DNA of 63,462 nt, filler included, from Choristocarpus tenellus KU-1152 (taxonomy: Eukaryota > Protista > Phaeophyceae), in NCBI GenBank assembly GCA_964200185.2. It is 8 parts of 8 records of this genome, joined end to end, with 100 filler letters (N's around TTAATTAATTAA, not from the genome) between each part and the next. Parts side by side here need not be neighbours in the genome. Positions count along the whole stretch, not along the records: positions 3,478 to 14,096 come from CAXNAD020002826.1; positions 14,197 to 20,219 come from CAXNAD020009145.1; positions 20,320 to 23,796 come from CAXNAD020019769.1; positions 23,897 to 30,352 come from CAXNAD020008105.1; 4 more parts are not named here. The stretch is one strand, 5' to 3'. The position numbers and the translations under genes were made by a program. The notes beneath the pieces are model-generated. The model saw only the letters and a list, made by a program, of their open reading frames with translations. It made no database searches and was not told the DNA's origin. Shown piece after piece: positions 12,215 to 26,062 of the stretch (position 1 is its first letter; every line of letters starts with the position of its first letter).

Positions 12215-13855
12215 CTGCATTAACATAAATAGAGAAATGTAGGGGTAGGGATTGCACCGCATGAGTAAACCCACTCTGAGCACTATCAATTCTAATATCA
12301 GATCCTCCCACGAGCAAATTACTTTTTTTTCTATCAAGTGCTGTTCACATATTCGAACGCTGCTGGTGGTAGGACAGAGACAGTGGCTAAGTGACTTATA
12401 GTGCCGGGATAAATCAGGCTGCTATGGGGAAGTGTGGATTGCTGCTCCAGCTATCTGTTCAAACAAGAGTGCTGCGATGACTGCATCTATGCTGAAGCTG
12501 GGTAGGACTTGAGGTAGGACTTTTGACACTCTCTCCTTCAAGTATGGTGGTTCAGTTAGAGGGTGGAAACTGCTTAGATAAGAACAACTAGGGTACTAGC
12601 CAGAGATTCTCGTTCAAAGGCGTTAAACTCATGTGGTTGTGTGTTGCTCAGTGTCAGGATGTAAGAACAAAGTTAACAAACGAGGACGCACATGGACGCA
12701 AAATTTATTCGAGATCTCAAACCTATTTCTGCTGCATATGGTGAAATCACAGTAGGTGCTTAGACTCTTACGGGAGGGGTACCTCACTCTCACTATTGTC
12801 TGGGTCAGTCCTACCAACATTCCTCAGCGCATCCACCATTGACCTTCCCCATTCTCATCTGAGAAGGGGTGTGTCTCACAACCAACTGAATCCTTGGGGA
12901 AGAAGGTGCACGTATGAGGATTTCAGCTAAAATAATGGTACGGTGATGGAAGAAAAAAAAACTGTATATACCTGGGAGGAGCTGCTGTGTACCAACCTGG
13001 TTGAGAGGGCGCCTTACATAATAAAACGTGCTGAGTTTTGAATATATGAGCCAGATTACGAAGAAAAAAACACCGCTTTTATGTTGACTCTTAGCCCTAT
13101 GCCTAACCTCCCCCCCCGAAGATAAACGGAGTGTACGAATAAAATGAGCACAGTTCGACCTATTCTATCCAATGTCCTCCATAAGTTTGTACCCAAAGTT
13201 CTGACTCAGACTCTACCGATTCAGACACCTGTGCAGCTAAGATGCAGATACAAATAAACATTTGCATGATCAATTAAAGGCACACAAATGTCAGACCAAT
13301 TGTCACGTAACATACATCAAAATGTCTGCAAAGAAGTGAGGAAATCCTTCTCATTCTGCTGGTTGCTTTGCACGCTTTGTGGTATGCGTGTGCAATAAAT
13401 CTGTTCGTCCATGAGGCGGTACCATGTGTATGGGAAAGCTGACTGATAGCGGGTTTTGGGATATGTTTATGCACATGTATGAGCAGCGTATCTGATTCCA
13501 AACAGGCGAACCATAACCTTGTGCATTATACACCGCATGCAAGAGGGATCAGTGGAGGAATGAACATTTGTGACATTCTGTCGGGTATATGGTCCAGGCA
13601 ACACAATATGCATAACTAAGAGCCCTTGATATAACAAACATAGATCAAATAGATTAGGGAGGTGTCAATGTTGATATTTAGATCGATTGACTTATCGTTC
13701 AGAATCCAATCAAATGTGCCGCCCCCATTGTTCCATAGTGGGTCATTGTTCTCACAATAGTCTCCCTGACTCATCTCCGATATGCTGAGAATCACTCTGT
13801 CGTATCCTTTCTACATTTGATCCTTTCAAGTGTTAATAGAATCAAGTTTAGTCCT

Positions 13856-14096
13856 GGCTCAAAGTATCTGGGAGGGGGTGGCAGCTGTCCATTCAGGGTC
13901 TGTTGTTCCATGTCGCGAATTTTGGGTGATTTAGTTACATGGGTCAGATGGATATTGTAAGTGCACGTTTCCTTATCAGGGCCCTGAATGGACACCCTGG
14001 TGTAGACCCCCCCCCCCCCCCAGGGACCCGGGGGCATCGGCGGGAATATTTTGCGACCTCTCCCACATAGATGCAAAGAAAACGTATAAAGAAAGA
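13856..14096 (+). mobile_element. Sola2-like MITE family B left part, cut by a gap
   Basis: Starts GGCTCAAAGTATCTGGGAGGGGG; homologous to 3478-3577 and, internally, to 29367-29410. Confidence 0.7.
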
Positions 14097-16243
14097 NNNN
14101 NNNNNNNNNNNNNNNNNNNNNNNNNNNNNNNNNNNNNNNNTTAATTAATTAANNNNNNNNNNNNNNNNNNNNNNNNNNNNNNNNNNNNNNNNNNNNCCCC
14201 CTATCCGATGACCAACCAGTGCGACCCCTTTCGCCACTGATTTCCGGTCTCTACCACCCCTTTCAACAGCATTCAACCCCACTCAACACCACTTCACAAT
14301 TATTGAAGAACTCCCCTTCATCATCCCCTTCATACCGTGCCTTTGAGTAGAAGACATCTACCCCGCCCGAACTTGACCTCCCCTCCCACCCTAAGATCCA
14401 AGTCGGTCGTGAGCAAGTGACAGGGCGGGTGGGCAGGAAAGCTTGCTCGGGGGTCCTCTTGATCTAACCCTCCTCGTCTTGTCGCCCCAGATCTCTTGAT
14501 CTGATCTAACCCTCAGGTTTCCTCTTCGATTCAATATTGTTATTTCCTTCTCCCCTTGTGTCTCTGTCTGCCACCTATTTTCTTAACCACTCATTCTTCA
14601 ACTCTTAGTTTCCTCCTTGGTAATTTTTATTTCTTTCCTGTCTCTTTCCTTGCCCTGTGCCCCCAACTAGAAATCTTCTGCCCACAAAACTCAGATTACT
14701 TCATTAACTTTCCTTATTCAACTGCATGATCACGTGCCTAGAAATTGCTACATGGTAGTACTATATACTTCGAATAAGTACATAGATGACCTCTAGTAGG
14801 CCATATGACCACACCTCCAAATTATTAATATACAATCATACTATTATTTCCACGGTTGAATGGTGTAGAGATTATCATGTAAGTACAAATACAAAGGGAA
14901 AGAGTTGGTAAAATATAGTAATAGTACCACAAAGTGGGGAAGAGGAAAGATCATATTATAAAAAACAACAAACAAAAAGACAGGAATCACTACTCCATCG
15001 TCAGATACACCAACCACAACAAAGGTATTGTGCGTAAATCAATGGACAAGAAAACAACAATTGTAATACTCTTAACTGACTTTACTAAGGGGGGCGGGAA
15101 AGAGTAAGGGAAGAATCCCATGGATATGTCAAGCCTCTCCTAGGTAGGGCATGGATCTGGAGTCTCTAATATATATCGCAAAACTCATCTGAGATGGCCA
15201 CTTGAACAGTCAGTTCATCGTTGTATCGCAAAGTGTAATATTCAAGTATGTTCATGGGAATCTGATAAAATTTTCGATATTATTGAAGTGGACTAGATCG
15301 TTTTGCCGCAGCTTTTTTTATGAATCGGACTACCGAAGTGCCCAAAGTCTAACTTTAAGGTCTAACACTAAACCTGACCGTAGAAAGCACCACTCAATTG
15401 ATCAAGAAGTACTTGCTGCGAAAGATCTAATCCACTCGGGAAATCCACCAAGTAATATACACCTTGCACTTATTTGAACGTGAAAAGGTGTTGTTCTGCA
15501 ACCCGTGACAAAGAGTCATTCAGGTGCAGCTAATCTGGTCCAAAGAGTAAAAAAGGGAATGCTCCCTGCGTGCACCTGACTTGTCCCAAATCGAAAAAAC
15601 GGTGGTGTTCACGTTCCGAGACTTTTTTCGTCAAAGTGCATGTTACGCAAAATCCCATGCGTGATTGTGCCAATGATAGCAGTGTTGTCTCGGGCTAAGA
15701 ACTACTGTTGTTTGTTAATTTGTTCTGTTGCTCTTGGTCTGGAATCAATTAGGTATTTTTTGCCATGGGTACTGCGTTAACTCCTCTCCTTGTCACATGT
15801 TTTCTCATCTGAAATAATGTGTTCGCGTTTAACAAAAAAATAGTATGTACTTCACTTACTTCCAGGGGTAAAACAAGGAATGTTCTAAATTGATCATTGA
15901 ACTATCGTAGCAAGTTGAGGATGAAAGCGCGAACATAATGTATATGGACTGACAATCAATAGCAAAATGCAATGGACGATCGATCGGAACAGAGACTGGT
16001 GGTCCATGTTACCCTAGTACGGGGGGCAGGCGTCCATTCGGGGCCATTGTGAGTCTGTGGTGATTTTTATGCTATTTCAGTGAAAGTGTCAGACGTAGGG
16101 GCAATTTCCTTTATTTGGGTACTCCTTTTTCCATCTCCCAGGTTAGATCAAATCCGAAGAAAATTACGGGCAAGATGGACATCAAACTAGGATGTTCTGC
16201 AGGACCATTAAGCTCCGAATGGTTGGCCTGAGCTAAACACCCT

Positions 16244-17350
16244 TGTTAAGAATATGCTTTTTATTCATTAGTAAAAAAAGAAGATTCTGTAGAAGAAACA
16301 ATCCAAGGATGAAGAGACAATGTTTGTGTTCTAAAGAATAGGAGATAAGGTTGGGTTTCAAGAATTAGAATATGGAAGAGTTCAGGAATAGGAAGCATTG
16401 TGGGAAGTAATCTGTGATTAGTTTGATTAGTCATTCACAGGACAGAATTGATTTGAAGGCAAGGACCTTCCCTTTTGGGGTTGGATGTTCCCTCCTTCTT
16501 TCATCTTCCTTACTTCATGCACAACCTGTTCTATAAGATAAGGAATTAATCGAGTTACTTACATGCACAAGTCTTACGAACACCAATTTCTCTAACAACC
16601 CCCCACCCTCTAGGATATTTTGGGGCTGGTGCTCCAGTCTGAGGAACACATCAACCCCACACCATGACTTACTTCACACATTACACATCTTGTCCCTTCA
16701 AAGCAATTTGACAATATGGTCTTGTCTATTTTAGTGTGCTCACTCTCCCACCTATCCCCCCCAAATCCTGTCCTGCTCGTAGTGTCCCTCCAACCACCTC
16801 CATAACCACAGCAATAAGAAAGAGCAAAATGACAAATCAAGAAAAGAAGAAGCACAAGAAGTAAACCATGTTGAGGACTCACTCTTGTCACCTCCCAAAT
16901 GCTTATTGGGCACAGCCTTTTCGCAAGTTCAGATGACCTCAGTCCTCAAGCATTAAATGAGTTGTCATCTAAGAAGTCAACATGGTCCCTACAACGAACA
17001 ATCACACACCTGGAACTCCCAAAAGCACACCATCTGCATACGAGGACACACAAAGAAATACTCCTTCCAGGTTCCAGAAACATGAAGCTACGCATAGTGA
17101 TCATGCAGCAGTGCTTAAAAGTGGGGAGCACCCTGTGTACAGCCAGTACACAACACAACTAAAGGCACATGCTATCACCTAAAGATGAACTCCCATATCC
17201 GTCTGTGGCAGACACAAATATACCAATGCATATTCTCCTTCTGTCACAGCATAAGCACAAACATCTTAATAGAACATGTTTATACTAATGAGAACCAGCA
17301 CGATGTTGATCCACGAGTGCACAAAGTTGAGGATCCACTAGTTCTTCAAA
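16244..17350 (-). mobile_element. Probable 3' LTR (16244-16597), polypurine tract and heavily decayed copia RT/RNase H remnant
   Basis: The segment is bounded by TGTTA...TAACA. On the minus strand the purine run GAGGGTGGGGGG abuts it directly. Upstream translation resembles RT/RNase H only faintly. Confidence 0.5.
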
Positions 17351-18861
17351 GGTGATATGGTGCCAATTGTTGAGCTAGTGGTCATAAGTGATAATGCTGA
17401 TCTCTGGTTGACGTGTAGACTCTACACTGTCTTCCACTTTTTCTAGGTGTGGCGACGCATGAAGTACAGCACGTGATGTGAGTGGTCCAGGTCCTGGCAC
17501 TCGCCACTTCCAACTCCCCAATACTGTACACGAGTTGTGGAGAGGGAGGCGGTGAACCGCCCATCGCCGGTGTATAACCTCTTCCCATGACACCATGGCT
17601 TGAGTGTCTGATTTTGTCGATGCAGGAAAGGAAAAGACTTCTGCCATAGAAGGCCTGATGCTTGCACCTGCATCTTTGCTCCCATCCTTATGTAGAGAGA
17701 GTAGGTACTATTGTGGTTGCTGGACCCCCTCCAAACATGATTGGTTGGCGTAATGCTGTCCATTCTGCTGTTGCCGAAGGGCTTACCTCCGATCCCCCTA
17801 CAATTGCACCCTGTCCAACTGGAGAGTGGTTGGGGGGGCTAACCTTGCTGGTGGCGTCCCTGCAGCTTGATGCATTAACAGAAGTGGTGTTGATGGAGGC
17901 GGCAGAGATGTTGGACCTTGTCTCTTGCCCCAAGCATGTTTTCTGTATCAGTTTGGATATTTCCACTGCATTGCTGCTGTGTACACTTAAAACCACATTC
18001 TCTTATTACTGTAGAGGTCAACCCACGCCTTCTTCTCCAGTGATTCCATGTAAACCAGAGGATGGGACTTTTTTGAACAATCAGTATTGAGGTGCGTCTG
18101 AAAGTTTGAGTTCTTCAATTCCATGAAGGAACCAGGGGCATGAACACCTTCCTGACATCGAGAGACCTAGACATCTTCTCAGACCGAGTAAAAGACCCGA
18201 TAGCTGAAGTACGCTCATACACACCAAAAGACTTGCACCGAGTTTCCCTTGTTAGTGTGAAAAGGAACCTGGTAAACCACCTAAGGTTACAATCCTGCCA
18301 AATCCTTTCAAGTATTAACTGGGCAAAATATTTGTGGGTCTGTTTGATGATTTGGACACTTTAGGGTGTACTTTCAGGAAAGAGGACAGATAATGTTGCG
18401 CATGTTAACCCGTGTTTGCGCATGGACCATTTGATCGAGTGGAGGTCATCATCCATTCATTATCATAAATTTGCGTTTTGGACCAGAGAAGGTTGACCTT
18501 CTCGGTATGCGATCTCATCCAGTCAAAACTATCCATGTGCAAGATGGAGAATGCAAAAGGTCCATCTTAACACCTTAGTCTGTTTTATTTCGGGAATTGA
18601 ACAGGAAACGTACCCTTTTCCCTTCATGGGCCAAATAAAGTGGTTTCCAAATCACCCTATATCTCCTTGACAACTAGTGGAAACACCGCAAACAAGTATT
18701 ACAAGAAATATATATCATTGAATTTAACTATTTTAAGAACTAGTTCCTACTCTACAATTCATTCGATATTATTATCCTTTGACAAGAATTTTCGTAGAAA
18801 ATGTAATGAAAGTATTTTAGTCTATGAGAAAGCAAATGAGTTCCAAGAAATTCTACAAATA

Positions 18862-19700
18862 CAGTTACTCTGCGGTCAATATAAGAGAAAACGGGGGATA
18901 AAAGAGAGGGTGAAATATCTCCTCACGACTTTTCAGAATATAAGAGAGGTTTCGGCGTTTCCTCCCAATTCTCTCTTATATCGAGCAAACTCCCAATTTT
19001 TTTCACTACTTGATGAAGGAGTTTCTCAAAAAGCCATGTCTAAAGTTAGGCAAAATATGACCAAGTAAGGCATACATCTTCTCGAAACCAACAGTACAAA
19101 GCATAGCAGTCTCTCATCTCTCAGTACTGTGCAGTACAGCACTTACAGTGTATCACATCAAGTATAGACGACTGCATTCTGCAGATATAACAATGACCTG
19201 CGCAGCGGGATCCAGCTGCAACATAAAGGGTACTTACTAATCCTGGTTTGCCACACTATAGATGCCATAATTGTCGCACTACTTGTAGCGGCTATCTTCA
19301 TGGCATTTGCGGCATCGTGAATCCATCTTGGCTCCAGCAAAATCAAATACGTGTGGAAATTGTGTGTGAGCCCCACCAAGCGCAAGGCTTTGAGTCCTCC
19401 ACCAGGTATCAACAAGGCGTCGAAGTGCCACACTAACAAAAACAAGGCCAAGGGGAAGGTGCTGCGAAATATATCTACGGAGAAAGTCTCTTCCTACAAG
19501 CCTTGCGGTGCCAACAATCGTAAATGTTTGAGCTTTGCAGAGAAGGTGGAAGCGTTGAGACTCCTGAAGACCATGACGGGAACTGCGGTTCTTCAAAAGT
19601 CTGGAATCGATCACAGCACCTTCTACAACTTGAAGGAGGCAATTAGCCATCATGGAGAAAGCGTAGACACTGAAGCCTGATGTCAAGTCTACGAGGGGTG
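18862..19700 (+). mobile_element. pogo/Tigger-like DNA transposon 5' fragment
   Basis: TA|CAGT start; subterminal inverted motif ATATAAGAGA / TCTCTTATAT; ORF 19351-19680 ends in a CENP-B/Psq-type HTH (RKCLSFAEKVEALRLL...GIDHSTFYNLK). Confidence 0.7.
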
Positions 19701-19909
19701 CCAAACATGTCAAGGTGTGTCGGCACGTGGATTGAAAGTCTGAAATTAGGTTGATTATGATCATCATTGAATTGTCTTTCTGCACTGCCTACTGTCTGCT
19801 GATGAGGATCATGATTAAACTTTTTGAAATTTTGCACGCATTTCTGTTGTACTGTAATATCTATTATACTGTGTGCTGTAGAATCATGAGTGGCCATTTT
19901 GCTCGTAGA

Positions 19910-20167
19910 GAGTGAAAGTATCTTCGAGGGTAAGGGTTTTGCCCTGTTTGTCCATTTGGTGCTTGACTTCCCACGGGGCTTTTTATGACATTTTCCTAAT
20001 CCAAAATGTTTAGGAGTAGGTAAAATGTATATGTTATGAAAGGTCGTTTCCAGAACAAGGATATTGACACTTCCTAACAACACGATAGCCAAAATTACAT
20101 CAAAATCGCAACGTTGGATTTTTGTCCCCAAACGGACGTGACTCTACCCTCTAAGACACTTCGGTTC
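19910..20167 (-). mobile_element. Full-length Sola2-like MITE family A, reverse orientation
   Basis: Colinear with the other copies over its whole length. The TSD is ambiguous (AGAG with a 1-bp slip). Confidence 0.88.
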
Positions 20168-20179
20168 AGAGGTACGTCC

Positions 20180-20219
20180 TGTTCGATTAGACTCTTCCAA
20201 CTCTATCGGACAGTTACGG
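20180..20219 (+). mobile_element. Start of an LTR, same family as 29411, cut by a gap
   Basis: TGTTCGATTAG(A/G)CTCTTCCAACTCTATCGGACAGTTACGG matches 29411-29450 at 39/40 positions. Confidence 0.75.
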
Positions 20220-21846
20220 NNNNNNNNNNNNNNNNNNNNNNNNNNNNNNNNNNNNNNNNNNNNTTAATTAATTAANNNNNNNNNNNNNNNNNNNNNNNNN
20301 NNNNNNNNNNNNNNNNNNNGGGAGGGGGATTATTTGCCTTAACATTTTGATGTTGTTTGCTGCTTGTTGGCTGTTGCGGAGTGGAAGATGTGTTTTTTTT
20401 GTTATTGTTGGAGAGTTTAATTATCAATTTTCAAGAAGGATAATAATTATTATTATTATTATCGTAGTTACGAGGTTAATTTGAAAAATAATAATAATAT
20501 TATAATAGTTGAAAATATTATAGTTATTTTGGTGACTTGTTTTTTGAAGGACTTGTACAGAGATTAGAGGTTGGCAGCAATGCATACGGAGCAGCGATCA
20601 CAATTCCTTTTGTAGTCTTGTGTTATACTTCATGTTTATTTTATGTCTTCTAGTACTTCAAAAGGTACCAACTCAGGTACAGGAACCTGATCCGGTGTGA
20701 AAATGGCTCTTTCATTATGGCACTTCAATATTAACCCTAAGTCTGTTAAGTCTGTTTTACTAGAATAGCAGTTGAAACAATTGTTGTCCATGGTGGTATT
20801 TTGTGTAAGCCATGGGTAGAGAAGTTGCTGTGTTTATTGGAAGAGGAAAGTTGTGGTATCAACACACAGGTTAGCTGTTTTAGAGTAGCTAGTCTAACTA
20901 ACAAACAAGAGAGGCGTGTGTGTTTTGACTGTTTAAAAAAAAATGTTTTTGTCAACTTAAAAAAAAAACTCGAAAAAAGGGTGTCATGAAGCAACTACTA
21001 TTCTGTGCAAACTGAGTGTACTCAGAAAAATAAAACAAACTAGATGTACCCAGTCCAAAGGTGTGGGCTATGTCCTCTGGTAGCATGTGTCATGTAATCC
21101 TAACCCCTTTCAACTAAGCAGCATGCCCCCTCTTGCTTATTTCAACTATAATAATAATGATAATGATGGATGCTCATTTTTATTTTTCTATATTACAGCA
21201 AAGAGGGTTCCTTGTGTTATAGTGATGGATTGAATTAGAGGCGTTTTTTTCTTCATGAGTTAAAAAAAAAACTAGGACAGAAGGGTGAAGTTTTTTTTTG
21301 GAGAGGAAGACCTCATATTTCGTGAAAGATGTGGCAAATATAGAAAACACAGTTTAGCTTCAAATTTTGATGGATTCTTCTCCTTCCCACCCACACCATC
21401 CTTCCTGTGCAGAAATGTGTCTCTTTTATATATATGCATACATGTGTTTCTCATCTGAGAGAGGTCTATCCAGATTTTTGGTCAAGTCTGCAACTCTTTT
21501 GGGGTATTGATTTGTGGATATCTCAGTGCAGAATATTTATTTGCTGTTGACTTGACCCATTAATTTAGGGAATCTTTTTGGTTGATATGTGTATGTGTGT
21601 ATACTGTTTATTCCTATTTTTGTTATTGTTACCTTGTTGGGTTTTTTTAGAAGGCACGAGGTTCAAGATGGATATCACGGACAGGAACTGTTGGGAGATG
21701 ACCTCTGTCGCAAACGTTAGTGCATACACGCCCTAACGTTTGCTTCAAGCACAACACTCTTCTGTCACTGGTGACAAACACAGGGCACCTCCCTTTGTTG
21801 GAGATGTGTGTAAAGATACTCAGAACCCTTGTTACGAGAATCACAA

Positions 21847-21889
21847 TGATAACAATAATAATGATAGTAGTAATAATAATAATAATAAT
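21847..21889. repeat. Imperfect (AAT)n microsatellite
   Basis: Read directly. Confidence 0.8.
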
Positions 21890-22860
21890 TTTAAGAATAG
21901 GATATCCTTTGAACAGTTCCAACATTACATATATCTCCATCAAACAGGATTGTTTGGTGCATTGAAGGGAGTGAATGCTGTTAATTGTTTCGGCATTCAC
22001 AACCTCAGTGGTCTGGCTTTTGGACCATGTTGTTGACTAGGTTGTCAATCTCTCTCATATGGCGGTACTGATGACCCTCCTTGCTTGGCACATTGAACTT
22101 CACACCTTGTTTGTTGGTACCCACAGCTGAGAGTCTAGGGTGGACCACAGAGTAGGGAGGTGGGAGGTGCCATGGATGGCTTGACAAGACAAGGTGGTAT
22201 AGACAAGAAGGGGAAAAGAAAAGAGGTCGTGTCTCAATGGAGACATCAAACTGTCCAACTCGGAAACTAGTGGGGTAATCTATTATTCCACCAACTGATT
22301 TGGTTGACAGCACCCTGGAAGGCTTGCTTTTGTGCATTAAGGGTTACAACAGCATCTGTGTCACTTCTTTGGCATCAGAAACAATTCAGGAGTTTTGCCC
22401 TCCCACTTTACCTTGGAAGGTTATTGTTTCAGAGGGACTAAGGGACTATCCGCCTGCACATGCGTGAGTGGGAACAGGCCTGTTCCAAGTGTTTTCTAAA
22501 ATCAGCTTGTTCAACAAGGATGGGTGGGCATGGGGCTATACCTCTGAATATCTCAAAGTTCGAATGTCAACAAAGTTCTGGGAACATAAACAAACCATCC
22601 AACGCCTGCTGGTAAAGCTCAAGTTCACTCACAGGTAATAGGTCCTTCGGTGACCAAGGAACATACTTCAGGACTGTTACTTAGAAAGTACTTAGTACAG
22701 GTTTGGTGCTGCCATTCACTGCCTAGCATTCTTGCCTTGACTCAAATAGTTTGATGGCTGCAAGGTCTTTGTCAGTCAGAGTGTTGGCAACCAAGGGGGG
22801 GGGTCAGAAGGAGACAGCTTGGACTTACATCTGTCCCAACGCAGGGGTGTGAGACTCAGA

Positions 22861-22923
22861 GTCAAGTTGGATGTGGCTGTAGTCAGGTTGGATGTGGCTG
22901 TAGTCAGGTTGGATGTGGCTGTA
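22861..22923. repeat. 21-bp tandem repeat x3 (GTCAGGTTGGATGTGGCTGTA)
   Basis: Read directly. Confidence 0.95.
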
Positions 22924-22975
22924 AGATAGATACTAGACAACGACTTGGTTCAGTAATTCCTGGAGTTTGCCCCAG

Positions 22976-23067
22976 TGTAATTACTGTAATTACTCCAGGA
23001 TTACTGTAATTACTCCAGGATTACTGTAATTACTCCAGGATTACTGTAATTACTCCAGGATTACTGT
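22976..23067. repeat. 20-bp tandem repeat x4+ (TTACTGTAATTACTCCAGGA)
   Basis: Four identical units; an inverted partial copy lies at 22951-22966. Confidence 0.95.
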
Positions 23068-23917
23068 CCGTGGTGTGGTGATGGAGAGACTTGAATGAGC
23101 CTTCATATATCTTCACCCCCCTCTTCCAGAATCGGAAAATCAGTTTTCCACTTGGGGACCTGTACTATTAAATGAAACTGGTCTTTGTATTGATAACCTC
23201 ACCACGCCTTCATGCTCAAGCAAGCCTCCCGGGTTGCTGTCAAGCAAATCAGTTGCTGGAATATTGGATTATCTCACCGGTTTCCGGGTTGTAGTGGTGG
23301 ATGTCTCCATAGAACTTTAAAACCATGTTTCCGTGAAATGAAGTCCAGCACCAATGGGGGTTTGAACCTGTAATATTCATGCAGGGAATAGCCTCCATTA
23401 ACCACTGAGCCACAAGGGAGGTCTATTTTGTGTGTGGGTGTCATGATGAATATCGATATTAATATCACAAATTGTCCTTGCCATCTGTGTGGTCTTGTTC
23501 ACAAGATTACCCTTCCGCCTTCCAACTTCAGAGGGCACATCATTGCACCATTAATAATGGTACTAATTTGGAGGGGCTGCAGAAGGATAAAGCTTTGTAT
23601 CATAATAGCCGCATGTGCCTATCAATAGAATTTTATTTTTTGTGCCCGCTGAGTTCACATAATATTTGTGTGAATGCCTTTTAGATTCTCTTGTTGTCAG
23701 ATTTGTCGTGTTTTGTCTGTCCTTCTATCCCCCCCCCCCCCCCCCCCCCCTCCGTCTCCTCCCCCCCCTCTTTTTTAACACCATAAAATACTCTCTNNNN
23801 NNNNNNNNNNNNNNNNNNNNNNNNNNNNNNNNNNNNNNNNTTAATTAATTAANNNNNNNNNNNNNNNNNNNNNNNNNNNNNNNNNNNNNNNNNNNNAATT
23901 TTTCTTTCACCAACCCA

Positions 23918-23966
23918 AGCCGCCCCCCCTACCTCTCCCCCCCCCCCCCCCCAGATACTTTGACCC
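23918..23966. mobile_element. Sola2-like MITE family B terminal fragment
   Basis: Poly-C + AGATACTTTGACCC, as at 1-75. Confidence 0.6.
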
Positions 23967-26062
23967 TGTAGTTGAACAATGACTGGCTAAGTGTGGTGTT
24001 AGTAGTCCACCCCGATTCCTCCTCGCCACAACAACGACATGTGAGTACATTACAAAACGTTTCAAAGGCCAACGCATATATAGCACAAGTGATAATTTAA
24101 TTATATCACAAAAGTAGTCGCAGATGATTGGCTGGTGAATACAGAAGTATTTGTGAGATTAAGTTAAGTACAAAGGTGGTGGAAGGGTTGACAAAGTAAT
24201 TATAGTATATGTGTTAAATGCATTTCTTGGCATAGTAGTAGTATATAGGTGGGATAACTACTTGCACACTTCACACATCACAAACAACGCATAGGGGCCG
24301 TGACTCGGGTTGATATATTTGATCACATGCTTGGTACAAACACTGGAAATAAAGTAGGAACCAACCCATGAAAATATATCACTCCAGGGTAAAATATATG
24401 GAGAGGTTAGGGGATCATTTAACGAACAGCAACATTTCCAAAAACGGGTCGGTTGCACGCATCACCTTGAGCCAATAGAATGCATTTCAATATCCCCCAT
24501 CCCCTCAACCTTGACACGACTAGTAGAGTGAACACGTGCAGGTAGGGGTTGGCCTACTGCAGGGATTCTGCAGCACAAGAGAAGGGTTGAGTTTAGGAAG
24601 GAGTCAAGGAGTGTTTGCAGCAAGCGAGTGAAGGCACGCAGATAAATGGGCTCGGTTTTTTGTTAATAGAAAGTGCCTACAATCAGTTTGTTTGTCTCAA
24701 ATGAATTGCATAGCTGTGCTTCAACTAACGCGTGGCTGGTCTTACAAACAGGTTGTGGAAACACAGGTCCAATCAGGTAGAGGTAGTGGGCAAACCTGAG
24801 TCTGTTGTGTACACAGTAAAATGCTTGGGATCTTTTCCTGTGTAATGTGTTATGTTGTTCAGCAAATGCTTGAGTACATATTTTCTGTTGTACTCTTTGT
24901 GGTAATGTCCGTTGTCGGAACAACTAGGTGTGACAGTTGCCAGAGCTAGTCATCTCACTTGGATGGATTACTTTTCATTGTCAAGATACTTCTATATGTT
25001 ACAACTTTTGATGCTAATACCTTTCGGGTTGCGTGGAGACCTTGGTTGTTAAGAGTTGCGTTATGCATGCGAGCGATGTGTCACTGTGAAAGCCTTGAAT
25101 TCCACGCTATTGCGAAGGGGAATCATGTGCATAGCCTGTGTAAAACTTGAATTGCATGAATCGTTGGTTCTCGTGAAGAGCTCTGTCTAGAGGCTTGAGG
25201 CCTTGTAAAGTGAAGAGGTGACTTAGTACACTGAAGCACTGGCAGAACTCAATGAGATGCATTTTATTGCATGAGCTGTGAAGAGACTGATTGGATACTG
25301 TGAAGTACACCACTAATCAGTGGCTTGGTCCAGGATAGTGATGCATGCAGCGAGTAGAGACTTGTGGATGTATTAACTCTGAATATATCATCCAAATGTG
25401 TGTCGAAGTACACTTACTGTAGAGTGAATTGGAAGTCAGGACATGGTCCAACACCTCACAAGAAGAAACTATAATACGAGATACAAAGGTTTGATCTATG
25501 AGGGAAAAAGTAAAAGAGACTCAAGTCTAATTCTAAGTTAACTCTAGTGTGTTCCATACTGACTACATTTTTTTGTTGAAGAATATCTGCCAAATGTGTC
25601 CGACATACTATAAACCATGCAAAATGCAACTGTAGGTCATGATCATATACTGCATAGAGCTCCATGCGATGTGGATACTTGCTAACTAAAGAACCATTAC
25701 TAGTGGACAGGCCAACGGTCGACACTAGTTGTGGCACTGAGTGTATCTAGGAGGAATGACAGAGTGAGAAGCCTATGTTTCAACACAATATTGATTTAGT
25801 ATTTATTGACTAAGTACTGAGAGTGCGAGCAACAACGATGTGATTCCATAAATGCGTTGGTTCATTGTGCTTGTCGACATCAGGCATAGAATGTATGGCT
25901 GACCCCACTGCAAAAGCAGTATCAAGGGATGAACGATAATTTGTGTAACATACGATATTTCATGACCAGCTAGTATATTGTGATGTACTCCATATGTAAA
26001 CGGAAGGGTACAGGGTCAAAATCATGTTGCACATGTTGAATAGCTTCACGCAGGAAAGACTT

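Noticed and set aside
22981-23067. CRISPR-like direct repeats
   Set aside because: The units are head-to-tail with no spacers.
24420-25750. Gypsy RNase H/integrase remnant
   Set aside because: Plausible, but too decayed to cite convincing motifs.
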